A stretch of 64,000 bases of DNA from Raillietiella orientalis (Eukaryota). The stretch lies in NCBI GenBank assembly GCA_036172245.1, contig JAYWIR010000014.1, positions 2,418,001 to 2,482,000 of the forward strand, given 5' to 3'. Under the pieces are notes generated by a model. The model ran no database searches, was not told where the DNA came from, and saw nothing but the letters and a program-made list of their open reading frames with translations. The position numbers were made by a program, and so were the translations under genes. Shown here piece by piece: positions 1 through 11,449 of this stretch (positions are counted from its first letter, which is position 1; each line of letters opens with the position of its first letter).

Positions 1-888
1 TGGCCGCGAGATCGAAGAAAATGCGCGGAACATCAGTGCACGAGAGAAAGGGCGAGACGATCCTCCACCAATAAGAGGATAAGAGGTCTCCTTAGAAAAG
101 CCCTGTGGGGCAATCGGAGGTCCCGCGTCCGGCTTAAAGACTTGTGCGCTCCAGGACGGGACGGTGGACTAGGCCTCCTGACGTTGGAGCACCCGGAGCG
201 CCAACTCCAAATAACAAAACTCGCCCTTGTGGCGAGATACTGGACAGCTCCAGAGTGCACACCAACACGTCTTCTCGCCAATAGGGCAACCGGCTGCAAC
301 GGATTGACTTCAATCCTTGTGGCTAACGACCGCAGCCTGAACCATTGTGGTTTTCAGCTGCGGGACTTGGCTGCCCTAGCGAGAGAAAACCTGGATCTCC
401 TGCGTCCCGTGAACTGGACTACCTGGCTTAAGGAGTCAGCTTCCACGTGGGCTATGATCAACGGCTCCAGCAATGTGGACTTCTCCTGCCTCCATAGAAG
501 CAGGTACGCTAGCCAGTCCCTGTAGGAGATCGTTTCCAACTCACGGAAACTTCTGTGGGCTTCATTTACTCCCCTTGCCCCCGTGCTGCCCTCCCTGAAG
601 AACGCTAGGGACAGCCAAGAGGAGGTATCGTGGGAAGTCTCCTGCCTCATCAGAGGAGGACAAAACTTTTGAAGGCGTGGGCGTCTCGGGAACTAGTAGA
701 CGCTGCAACCCCGAGTGTCCCAACTAAAGGACTTGCGCTCTGGGGCGAGCTACTCGGCATACCTCCGGAGGAGGTGAAGTGGCCCCCAGCATATTGGAAC
801 AGTGGCACCCTCCCTTTAGATTGGCAGGAGATGGCGTTTCTAGTGCTGCATTAGGGACTTCTTTGCACAGCACGCCTCTCCCACTCGG

Positions 889-1427
889 CATTAGGGAGTT
901 CCCACCCGGTCACGCCGGGGCGTTTATTAATAAACACAGTACATCTGCGGTTCTAGACCCCGCTACGGCCAATAGTTCATGGGACCTGCCAGGAAGCCGG
1001 TTCACAGGCCGACTTGACTCTCCTCGGCAGCGGAGGGGATAGGGGGTAAAACAAAAAGAAAAATAAATGAAATAAACAAACAGAAACTATTTGGAGGGCC
1101 GGGAAGGGATCACTGCCTGCTGGAGGAAGAGACCATCCTTTCCAGGATGCCCTCGAGGTCCCTCGTCATAGCTCCCAGATGGGACCAGCCGATCGCGATT
1201 CGCAGGTAGCGACCCGCGTGTACGATGGGGTCCCTATCGCTGCTTCCTCTGTTGGCTGCGCTCCATGCAGCCACAATCCCTCGGAGGCAGCAGAGCGCTG
1301 CCAGGGTTGAGGCTGGTGGCAGGGCGTCTCGCACGAAGAGGAGTCTCACAACGTCTCTGGGGGTACTGCCGACCGGCATCCGGAGGGTCGTAGCAAAATG
1401 TTCCCAAAAGGGCCGACATTAGGGAGT
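889..1427. repeat. 11-bp target-site duplication CATTAGGGAGT (889-899 and 1417-1427)
   Basis: Exact direct repeat at both ends of the nested insert. Removing the insert rejoins host PLPLGIRE to the zinc-knuckle region. Confidence 0.85.
900..1416 (-). mobile_element. 5'-truncated copy of a related L1/Tx1 family nested in inverted orientation
   Basis: Minus translation RPFWEHFATTLRMPVGSTPRDVVRLLFVRDALPPASTLAALCCLRGIVAAW aligns with host RPMWNRLSSILDIPVGDPKFIFRRLLV*DILPAAACVAILCCICGILDKW (1500-1650). It has its own U-rich 3'UTR and AATAAA (923-928 on minus), and is flanked by an 11-bp direct repeat. Confidence 0.85.
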
Positions 1428-2120
1428 GTAGATGCCGATTGTGCAGGGTGCGGGGAATGGAAAAGCTTCCCCCACCTCATCATCAAGTGTGTCGCCCTCC
1501 GCCCAATGTGGAATCGACTGTCGTCGATTCTGGACATTCCGGTGGGCGACCCGAAGTTCATTTTCCGTCGCCTCCTGGTGTAGGACATCCTGCCAGCAGC
1601 CGCGTGTGTAGCAATTCTCTGCTGCATATGCGGAATCCTGGACAAGTGGACTGCGTTGAGGAGAGGCCGCAGAAGCCGGAATGCCATTCACTGGGCAGCC
1701 ATCTCCATGGAGAAGGCTTCCCGATGGCACCGGCTAAGGAAAATTCGACCTGCACTTGTCCGCAAAACTGGATGCAGAGGACTCCTCGCGGGGACTTGTG
1801 GTTCTTTCCTTCCCTATCCTCCCCGTAAAACATTGCACCCCCTTCGTGTTTTTGTTTTTGTTTTTTTTTCTGGCTTTCCCGCTCCCTTCGCCAGCGAAGA
1901 GGACCTCACCGGCCTGCGGTCCGGTAGACACAGGGGTTGCAAGACAGGCGGAACCACGTGATCTGCCTGAATGAACATAAAGACATTTATTACGAAATTT
2001 TACTCTGTTAAGATTTAATAATAAATGCCCCGGAAAATCCTGGTGAAAAAACAATGAGAGGAACCCGGAGAAACAGCGCGTGGCACTCCCTTTCGCAATT
2101 CGGAAAAAACTTTCCTCTCC

Positions 2121-2850
2121 TTGAGGGTCGATTCGGCATCGGCTGGAATTTTTTGGGACACAAGCGACGACTCCCGCAGTCGGGTCGCTCTTGACCTCAG
2201 GAAAAGCTCGCAGCCGACAAGAGCTCCTCCTTCAAGCAGATCTTCGGCAACTGCTTCCTCGATGTACGGTGGGCAGCTAAGCGAAGACGCGGACGCCCTC
2301 TACTTCGTCCTGGACACTTGGGACTTCGGATGCCTGGTGTTCTCTCGGTGGAAGAGCGACAGCCCCCGGGGAAGGACTTTGCGACCCCTTCATAAAGTGA
2401 CCCTCGATACGGGAAAAAGGGGGTGGGGAGAAAGGAAAAGAGAAACATCGACGGGGGCCTCGGATGTGCACGGGTGCTGCAGAAGGAGGTAGGAGAGCGC
2501 CTCCGTCTGCGCGCCACATACACGTGCCCGTCCTGCCCGGATCCTTGTTATGCTCGCCGACCGCGAGGGAGCGTTTTGCTCCCGAACGTCCCGAATTTTC
2601 AGCTCCAGCCTCAATCTCGCTCTTTGGAAAATGGGAGCGAGGTTGACCCTGCAGCCGTCGCAGATCATTAGGAGGTTCGTCCGCTCGTACCCGTTGCCGC
2701 GATATGTCGAGTGGTGGGCAGCAACTCTATCCGGACAGCATCTCTTCGAGAGGGTCAGAAGCTGTTTAGAAGGAACGCAGTCTTGGGGTAAGCGGATTCG
2801 CCAAGGCGTTTCTGAAGGAACAGACGAGTGCCGCCGCGCGCGGACGTCCC
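2121..2850 (+). pseudogene. Degenerate L1-type reverse transcriptase fragment
   Basis: RVALDLRKS resembles LDxxKAFD. GQLSEDADALYFVLD resembles LAYADDLxFxL. VFSRWKSDS follows as expected. Intervening sequence is deleted. Confidence 0.5.
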
Positions 2851-2854
2851 CGTG

Positions 2855-5600
2855 TGAGTAGCCAGACGGCGGAGAAACGGGCGTTTCGTGATCCCCTCCC
2901 GTTTCCAAGAGACAGACTCCACAGAAACGCACGAGGAAAGTTTCGCCGCGAACTTGACCTGTCGGATCGATCGATCGGCGTCGAGAGAAGAGTCTGCTCT
3001 TCAAGGCAGGGGGAATGGCAGCATCCCTGGAGGCTTCCGAGACTGTTGTCGAAATCAACTCTACAGATATCACTGATGGAGGAGGAATGTGTCTCACCTT
3101 CCCCCCCCTGGTGACCTCTCACGCTTCTTTTTCCGCCCGCTCCATTTCAAAGATGGCCTCGAGGTGCGCTCGCAAGCCGTATTCAGATCCGGCGCCAACT
3201 AGGAGAGCATCCCGGGACTCTCGGTGATAACCCATCCTTCACGCACGTCCTGACGGTCGCCCAAGTCGTTCCGCCGGAGGGGCGGATCTCGTGACCTCAC
3301 TGCGAGTCTCGCGCCCGACTCGGGTGGCCTCCTAGAGGCAGCCACCTCGCTACCGCTGCCCGAGGCAAACCGCCCGATTGCTGTCCCCGAGGGAACCGCT
3401 CCTCCGGCCGGGTCCTCGTTCTCCAGAAGAGCGCACTGACCTCGAGGTCGATGCTGGAAGACAGGAGCCTCCTGAGGGACTCCTCTTTCTTTAAGGGGCG
3501 CGCCATCTGCTCTCGTCCTTGGCTCCGGAGGGTGGGTCAACCGGGGTCCCTCGGTCCTGCGGCGCACTTCTGCCTTCTTCTTCCGGGAACCGCCCCTCCG
3601 AAGCGTGGGACCGTGGTCCCGAGGAATGGGGCGCGCTCCGAAAGGAGGATCGCATCCAGCGCGGACGTTGCGTGAGAAATCGCCTTCGGCCACTCGGAGA
3701 CAAAAGGAGATCGACCTGCTTTAACCGCTCGAGCGCCCCGGGCGAACGTTCCCCCTTCTCCCGGAATGCTGGTTGATATCCTGGAAACGCTTGAGGAGGA
3801 CGCTCCCCCGCGAATCTGCTACTGAGAACGCCATCTCGCTACAGGCAGCTGGGCGCTCCCGCGCGACGCGTGCCATGGCCCCTTCTTCCTCGAAACGCGC
3901 GTCCCAGATGTGCCGAACCTGCCCGGAACAAAGCGGGGAGCGCGCTCCTTTCCGGGTGGGTTCGCCCCCTTCGGCACACCACGACCCCGAACCACGGAGA
4001 GTCTCCCCCTCTGCTGCCCTGGAGCACGCTGCACGCCCGCGACCTGAGGCAGGAGGGGGGGAACGCCGCGGGTTCGCCAAGCGTCCCGCCGTTGCCGCGC
4101 ACGCGGCGAAACCAAGGTCTCAGCAGATCCCCAGGGCGAGCCCCGTTGCTAGGGGTGTCCTCGCGCTTAGGCAACCAGGCTTGCTGCCCCCGGGAGAATC
4201 CGAGCCGACGTGCCAGGATGGGAGAGTCCCCGGCGCGGCAAGGGCGCTCACCCCGATCCTGTACGGCCCTCAGGACCAGGGCCCCCTTGAGTTCTCGCCA
4301 CGTCTCGAATTCCCAAACCTCCGGGAAGGAACCGGTTTTCTTCCTCTAGGCCGACAGCTGCGTTCCTGCCGGCAGGATGTGCCCTTGTGACCAAAGGTCA
4401 CGATGTTCCCTCTTTGCAGCGAATCGGAGTGCTGCCCCGACCCGCTTCTTCCCAGTGGTTTCCTCGGTGTTCCGTCACGCGGGCGCTTCCTCATCTTCCG
4501 CCGAATTGCCCGTGTCCCCCGACCCCACCCTCTCGGCAAACCTGCGTCAGGCTTTCGAAGGAGCCCCTTGAACTGGACGCACCCCTGGGTTAGCTGCTGC
4601 TCCGGGGAGGAACCTCCTTGGAGCAGGGAGGAGGGAGAGACCCACCGCCACTCTGCTGCCGCAGTCTTGCCCGGATGTGGACGCGGCCAGTCTCGGGAGC
4701 TGCGGAAGGTCTCTGTCGTCGCCACCAAGAGGTTCCTCCGAGCCGTCTCGCTTCTCCTCGTCCGCCTACTTTCCCCTTTCTCCCTTGGCCCCTCCGGTTT
4801 TCAAGGCAGAGCACAATGAACTTTCGAGGAAGAGCTCCGGGCCCCCTCGAGAACACGGGATCGTTGCAGAGACCGTAAGGACTTCATGCCCCAGCGGCGT
4901 GAGCCTGCGTGCGTCAATCGGTATCACCGGTGGTGGCCTCTCGGGAAATCCGGGTGTGACATCGGCCGTGGCACTCGCTGGGCGTGTCGAACGGAACGCT
5001 GATCCCCGAACGCGGACCCTCCCGGTATATTCGCTGGGAGAAGACAGACCGGACCGTTGCCCCGAACAGTGCCGAAACTCGAACGCTCGGGCTCGGCCCA
5101 CGGCGGCGAGAGTGCCCCTGGAGGGGAAAATGCGACTCAAAACCGTGGAGGCCGACCCTCCCGAAAGACAGCGTCCATCTCCATCTCGAACATCCTCAGG
5201 ATTTGCCCTTCCTCGTGATGGCTTTTCTCCCTCGAGATGGACAGAGCGAGGGTGCTGCTGCGGCGTGGAGTGGCCCTTTGCAGGCACTCCCGGAAGGTCT
5301 TCCTGCCCCCCGCGCACCGCTCGCCCTGCCAGATCTCTTGAGTGGCACGCGTGGAACTCGGAAGTTCTCCGGAGAAGGAGGCAAAGAGAGTCGCCTCGCA
5401 GCCAATCAGATATGGCAGCTCCCTTAATGAAATCTCCGGGCATGAGAGACTGTTCGAAGCCGTGGTGACGGTCACTGAGTAAATGGGTGACGACTCCTTC
5501 CTCTGCTAGGACCGAAGAAGGAAGAAGCATTCGATCTCATCAAAGACGCAGAATCCATCCAGGCTCCCTTTGCAGAAATCCCCAAAGAGCGAAACCAAGC
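2855..5600 (-). pseudogene. Protein-primed family B DNA polymerase remnant (Polinton-like element C)
   Basis: Ordered motifs across frameshifts: CVFDEIE (exo I-like, ~5545), VQFKG and EVWEFETW (VSR-like insert, ~4570 and ~4315), GTLGEP and WFGVVVC..HPE.SALPAL (TPR1-like, ~3990), SQGREQM..RRLLSSSID..SALFW..FPRGQQSGGL (motif C region, ~3370-3520), LLVGAGSEYGLR, and C-terminal SPPSGY (~2865). Catalytic DTDS is not intact. Confidence 0.55.
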
Positions 5601-5859
5601 CTTTAGCCTCCCTATATGGTGACGGAGGTGGCAGCAGACTGGTCGTCGACAAGCACATCCTACCTGCCCTGAATGGGAAAACCATTTCCTCGACAGCCGG
5701 GTCCTCCTGGTAAAACGGGAATCCCGGAGCTCCAGCCAAGCCCGCCGGATCGCGCGCGCAGATGCAGCACACCGCGATACCGCCGGGGGGGCCTCTTCAG
5801 ACGCTCGGCTCGGCCTGCCGGATAGACGGCTTCGTCGCGGAGTCGAGCAGACGAATGCC

Positions 5860-6847
5860 CAGCGGCTACTCTTGCCCCACGGTCTCCATTTCCTTCCCTC
5901 TACGCCCGGCGTTTCGCACGCACGCGTGGACGTCCAGCAGGATGATGGCTCCGCGACCTACCGTCATCCCGGCCGCCACCGCCGCCAGGTGGGAGGGAGG
6001 TCGGACGTGCGTCGCTCCGCGCAGCGGCAGAGGGATTCCTCCCGCCTTGGCATGCGCTCCGTCGTCGCTCGGAGCCCTGTCGAATCTCTCCCACCTCTCC
6101 CTGCTTGTGTTCTCCACCTCGCACGCAAGGACAGCGGGATCCTATTTTCCGGCGGGAACAACATCGGGGGCTCTCCTGCAGGACGCTTGCACCGCGGCAG
6201 AGGGTTGTCGTTCGCCTCTGCGCCCATCGGAGGGCGACTCGTGGCTCCCAGCCCTACTCCCCTTCCCTGCTCTGCGTCTGTCTCTACACCGATGCCGAGA
6301 GTGCGTAGCACCCCGGCGGCTGCAGGAGGACGAAGTCTCCAGCAGGCGCGCCCCATTCTCTTTGGGCGCCCCGCCCCTCTGAATTGACGATCCTACCGCG
6401 CCCGTCGCTGCGCCGTCGTTTCCGCTTGAACGCCAGCGATCCCCCTATTCTCGGTGCGCACGCCATTCGATTTGAATTTCCCTGCCCCTCTGTGTTCGGG
6501 AGGCTGGTGGATTGCTGGTCGGGGAGGGAAGGAGGGGAAGGTCATTTTCGCGCTGCCCGCCTAACGGCAAAAGAAACCCAAAGAGCAAGCGGACGCCTCC
6601 ACAGCTGGCCGACTTCCCCGGGGTACCAATGGCCTTCCGACAGCAGGCGAAGCAGCGCGCGCGACGGGACATGCCAGGTGCCCGCTGGTTCCCGTTTTCG
6701 TTCTCACCTTTCCAGACGGCGGTGCCGTGCACAGCAGCCCGGAATCCTTTGCGAGCTACGCTGCTCCTGTACCTGAATGCAGTGCGCAGCGGCGTGGTCC
6801 AGCTCTCAGGCAGATGGGACGAAATCGAAAAGAGTCTGGTCGCTTAG
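5860..6847 (+). pseudogene. Major capsid (hexon-like) remnant, element C
   Basis: ARVDVQQDDGS near the start. The C-terminal GARWFPFSFSP...PLRATLLLYLNAVRSGVVQLS pattern resembles the Polinton/adintovirus MCP end. Context lies between pPolB and protease. Confidence 0.35.
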
Positions 6848-6949
6848 CTGCGGCGTAATTCGAAGGAGGTTTCGGATGTTTCATCCAAGTCCTTAAAAGT
6901 TACCGAGACCCCCGGTCCCGCCGCTGGCGTTCAGCGTTGCGGCAAGGAA

Positions 6950-7863
6950 GCGCTCGCGATCTGGCGACCCCAGGACACGACCCCGAGACGTGCCCTACGC
7001 GGGAGAGGCGGTCTCCGTTTACTGGAGTTTCCTGTGCAACCAGGGCCGGCGTGGCCTGGAACTTCTCGCCCGCGAGCTGCGCCAGGCACGGGGTGGCGGA
7101 ACGTCCCCGCATCTGCGGCTTCTGGACTGCTTCCGGTCGCCTCGCGGCTCCACCGGAGGCGCCGCTTCACGGGCCTGACGACGTTGTTTTCCCCTGCCGC
7201 ACTGATCTCTTGATTCCGCATTGCATGAGGGGAACCGTGCCTTCCTGCTGCGCTCAGGGAGGAGCGTTCCAGCAAGGACGCAAGGCCATGCGCCCCGACC
7301 CTCGGTAAGGCGGCCTCGCCCGCATCGAGAACGCCGCCTGCATCGCACGCGGTCCGCAGGGGCACCCTCTCTCGCTCATTGTCTCCCTTTTTCTTATCCC
7401 TCCCGGAGTCTATGCGTAGCAGATGGTGTGTCGGCGACTCAGCAGTGATCGTGGAGTCGCCTTCACCCCTTTCCTCGGAAAAGAGGCTGGTGACTGGGTG
7501 GCAGCAACAAGCGACGCAGAGGATCCGTCCCGTTTCCCGGTGATGCATCCGCTATGGGGCAGCCTCCTCACCCACGACTTTCTGCGCACCGGTATCAACT
7601 CTCGCGAGAGTCGACGGTGGCACTCGCCACAGGATCGCCCTCCTCGTTGCCCCGGGGAAGGGGGGCCGCCGTTCCTGGAGCAGGAGCGCTCCGACCGGAA
7701 ACGGCAGCATGCCGCGACCTACGGGAGTTTCCGGAAAGGAACTCCCGGAATCCGGAAAAAGGAGCCGACGATTGAACGGAGGAAGTGTCGAAAGCTCCCT
7801 CGTGTTCTTCCGTGGGCGGTCGGCGAACGGATGGTAGCGCCCTCCAGCGACCGAAAGCTATAA
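6950..7863 (+). pseudogene. Possible second capsid-like remnant, element C
   Basis: PLHGPDDVVFP..LIPH, MHPLWGSLLTHDFLRTGI and HAATY weakly follow MCP motif order. Confidence 0.25.
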
Positions 7864-8019
7864 ATAGAACCCGTTCCGGCTGGCTGATCCGGACCAGCAG
7901 CCGTCGCGAAGAACCGGGTTTGCTTTCCCGCCTCGCCGGGGCACAGCGCAAGGGGAAGAACAGAACCTCCCCAGCTGGAAGACGGCGGGACTCGCACGCT
8001 TTGGATCGCCCCGGCTGGC

Positions 8020-8310
8020 GGTCCCGTGCGGCGCGGTGTGGGTTCGAGTCCCCTGACGAAGCACCGACGCCGAGAGATGGGTACGTCGTGAACTTGCAGG
8101 ACGCTGGCTGGCTCATGGGGCAGGTGCGGTACTGGGATGGCGCTCATACGCACTGGAGACCGGATACCCCCGTCGACTATCCAGGTCCTTCCAAGTTCCT
8201 TCCAGGAGTTATGCAGCTCCGAAATTCCCTTCCAGCTTGTACCATGGAGTCGGTTCTCCCTCGGGGAGTTCATCTCCGGTTTGTGGGAGCGTTCTGCTCC
8301 CTTCGGGGTT
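8020..8310 (+). pseudogene. Adenain-like (Polinton PRO) cysteine protease remnant
   Basis: CGFESPDEAPTPRDGYVVNLQD (to 8102) and GQVRYWD. S-P-V-C-G / A-F-C is split by a 1-nt frameshift at ~8288, matching the S..CG.FC catalytic Cys motif. Confidence 0.6.
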
Positions 8311-8389
8311 CCCTCCCAAGGGGGAAAGATTTCATCCTCGGAGCTCCCTAGGTATTGTCAGCATGGTCGATTCAGGGCTACTCCATGAC

Positions 8390-11250
8390 TGAGTTACACG
8401 CGACCCCTGGTGACATGACAGTGTTTATACAAAAGAGAGCCCTGATGAGCCCCCATGTGGCGGCACCCCGAACCTCTCCGATGCCCTATTCCAGGCAAAC
8501 CGTTCCTGGGCACCTGGAGAACCAAAAAGAAAACTGGAGGTTGAAATAAAAAGCAAAAAAATAGAAAATGGAAGAACCCGCATGATTTCCATCATCCCGT
8601 TGGGTTCTCAAACTCCAGCGCGCACTCGACACAGGTGCTCCTCGAGTGAAGGAGACCAACATTCCCAGTTGGAGACTCCAAACCTCATCGAACCGCGACG
8701 TTGCAGTCCCCATGAGTTGCAAAGACTCTGATACTCGCCGTATCTCGCCCTCAGGATGCGAGGCGAACGTCCTCGAAACTGCCTCCTGGATTCATAACCC
8801 CCTCAGCACTGCTGCAGCCCGTCCCCCGTCGGCAGAAACGAAGTTTGCATTCTCATCAAAGCCGAAACCTTCTTAGGGATTGCACCAGATGGATTCTGCC
8901 AAAGAGGGCCCTAGTCATGCTAGAAGCACCAGACAAATCGCCTGTGACGTTTGCCCGGGCAAGCCGGGAAAAGCCATGCCTCCCACAGGATTGAATGTTC
9001 TCTTCTCCGTGGGATGAAACGGAATTTTCCGTTCCTCTCCGTTGAGACCGCACTCCTACGAGCTGCTTCTATAAACTGCTCCGCTGCTAAGACCTCAGCG
9101 GCTAGAAACATGTGGGGGGAAAGGCCATGGCGGCATCTCCATACGGTCGGAAGTATAATTCGTTCCGGCATCCCTCATATCTCCTATGAGACGAATGACC
9201 CAACCCTGAAGGAAAGATTATGGGCAACTGCAATGAGTTACTCCAAGGGAGCTGGCCTACTTTCACAGTCATTAACTCTATTTTGATGTCCTGAGTCGCG
9301 ATGAATAGGAAATGTCACAGTCCCGAAAACATTGAAGAAAAAATTCTATCCGAGAGGAACTAGTGATTGGTGCGTGCTCTGGTTGCTTATAGAGATCGTT
9401 CTTAATGCACTTTTCCGCCCGTCATCGCTCCCTTCTGGTCACTGAAGCTGTTAAGAGGGATGCCATAGAAGGTTTCACTCATCGACGTTCTGTAGGCTAT
9501 ATTTCAGCGACAACTTCCACCCCGTCCAAGAGCTGCTCCTCTTCATGAGGTTTGGGGCATCATCCGATCATCGTCCAGGCCGATGTGTCCAATAGATGTC
9601 ACCAATGTATCGAATACATGAGGTCAACCATAAGCTGCCTCATTTTATCCGCATATGGCCTCGGGACACTCAGTTCACGAAGGACTGCTCCGTTGCCAAA
9701 GGACTGTTTCTTTGTCTAAGTTCCCAAAGGTCCAATGATGATGGCCAGCATCTTTGCATGGACTCCTTTCTTGGACTGCGTGTTGGCAGCATCTTGGTTT
9801 TTGGAAAACTTCTTATTTCTGACGATGCTGGAGACTGCTTCCTTATTTTCAAAGGGACAAGCTGAGTCCATCACCATCACCAGTGTCCCCAGTCCGACCA
9901 GCGGTGCTGTGAATTTATTGATCAAACAGTGTTTCACATAGCGACCCTTTGCAAACAAGACTCAATTCGCTTCCAGTTTCGTCTGTGGCAACACCTGAGG
10001 CATTTCACCCTTTCACTGATGGTCTCGCGTCTTTGTCCGAGGAAGAAAGTAACTCTTGTGCGTCTAGGCGGGGATCCTCCCGCAACTGCGAATTCCTACT
10101 TTCCTGATGAGGTCGACAGGAAGCAGGCCATCGGGGATAACAAGTCTTGTAATTGCATGTTCTTTTTTTTGCTCTTTCTGATTGAGAGGAGTCCACTGTT
10201 TGTTCTCAGCAGATTATTCAGCGCCGATGTCGCTTTCCGACTCGGGAAAGTCCGTGGATCCTTCTTTTACCTGCGTAACCCTTGTTATTTTTCTCGCTGG
10301 GGGGCAGGTTTCGTTGGGTCGGGTCGACGAACATGGTATTCGCCTCCTTCAGCGCGTTCATCTCCTGTAGGCTCAGCTTTCCATCTCTTATTGTGTTGAG
10401 GATTTCCTCCCAGAAAGCGGAGATGCGCAACAGAAACTCCTCATGCTGCTCCTCCAGACGGACCACTTTCGCGAATACTCTGCGGTCTTCTGCTCCTCTT
10501 CCTCGATTGAGAGGGTTTCCATTTCCTTCCTCCTCCTCTACCGAGGGAAGAGGGAGCGCTTCCACTGCAGACTGCTTCTTCTGCTGCTGCTGCATCCCTA
10601 AGAGGCTCGAGTCGACGACTGTGGGGAAGAGGAGCTTCGCTTCCCCAGGTCCATCACCACCACCATCCGGTTGCCCTTGTGCAATAACATAAGCAAGATA
10701 TATCGGTTGCTTTTTTATACTTTCTGCCATTGCTGCTCTTTCCGACTGGGTGAGTACTGACATTACTAAATTACCTCAGGCATGACCTTTCGTTATGACA
10801 ATTCCTCCGGTTTCTAGGACCTCAAATACCAATTTTCTCATCAACTTTTGCTCTCTTTATTGCCCACGATGCTGTCTTAGCAAGACTACGTGATGCGGTT
10901 GGTAACACCACAGCGTATCAAGGAAGATGATTTCCGCGGACCGGAGCGCTCCTGGAGCCGGCTCCAGCTTACGATCCGCACGTAGCAGCCCACGAAGCCA
11001 ATCCTCTGGCGCCTCTGCGGGTTGCCTGCCCGATTGAAAACGGGCAGGCAGTCTTCAGTTATACCAGACAACAAGAGGAATAGAAGTAAAGAGATTTTGC
11101 CAGGTAGATGACGCCTTCCTAGTTGGTTCCCTTGGGCGTTGATGTCTGAACAATGACGAGATCTCCTACGCGGACGAGGGGACTCTTTAGGCTGCGCATC
11201 GAAAACCTGAGGCAGCCCCTGGTAGCCACATTCGCGGTATACAGCCGTGG
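8390..11250 (-). mobile_element. Heavily deleted L1/Tx1-type ORF2 (APE to RT to 3'UTR)
   Basis: LYTANV and GDLVIVQT (APE start, ~11150-11245), SAFWEEIL linker, QDLLSPMACF (QGDxLSP-like, ~10130), RVKCL (KYLG-like), and a U-rich 3'UTR with hairpins on minus at ~8420-8570. Confidence 0.5.
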
Positions 11251-11449
11251 TGCCTGCTGGGCTCACCCGACTTGGGCACATGACCGAGGTAGCACGCAGA
11301 CGACCCTTTCGCTCTCTTTATTGACAAACTTAACTTGAAATTCCATCGTCATTCACAAAGCCATCTATGTTTCAGAAATGTGTTCACTCTTTTTGCAAGA
11401 AAGTTTTTTTTCCACTACGGATTTCTGTGGGCTAATTTTTAATCTACTT

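Larger units (their letters stand above)
1..2051 (+). mobile_element. L1/Tx1-type non-LTR retrotransposon, 3' part of ORF2 plus 3'UTR (pseudogenised, interrupted by insertion 900-1416)
   Basis: LRKALWGNRRSRVRLKDLCAPGRDGGLGLLTL (~91-186) is the post-RT W..V....L..P...GGLG motif. The CAGCGEWKSFPHLIIKC zinc knuckle lies at ~1440-1490. A U-rich tract (1847-1870) precedes AATAAA (2020-2025) and a short A run (2046-2051). In-frame stops are present. Confidence 0.85.

Noticed and set aside
1330..1400. LGVLPTGIRR on plus as part of the host L1 ORF2
   Set aside because: Lies within the antisense nested insert, so it is a shadow frame.
4432..4453. GRSGSGQ on minus as Walker A
   Set aside because: Lacks the Lys, has no Walker B, and lies inside the inferred pPolB C.
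8435..8480. CTGATGAG as a hammerhead ribozyme core
   Set aside because: No properly placed GAAA after stem II and no closing stems.
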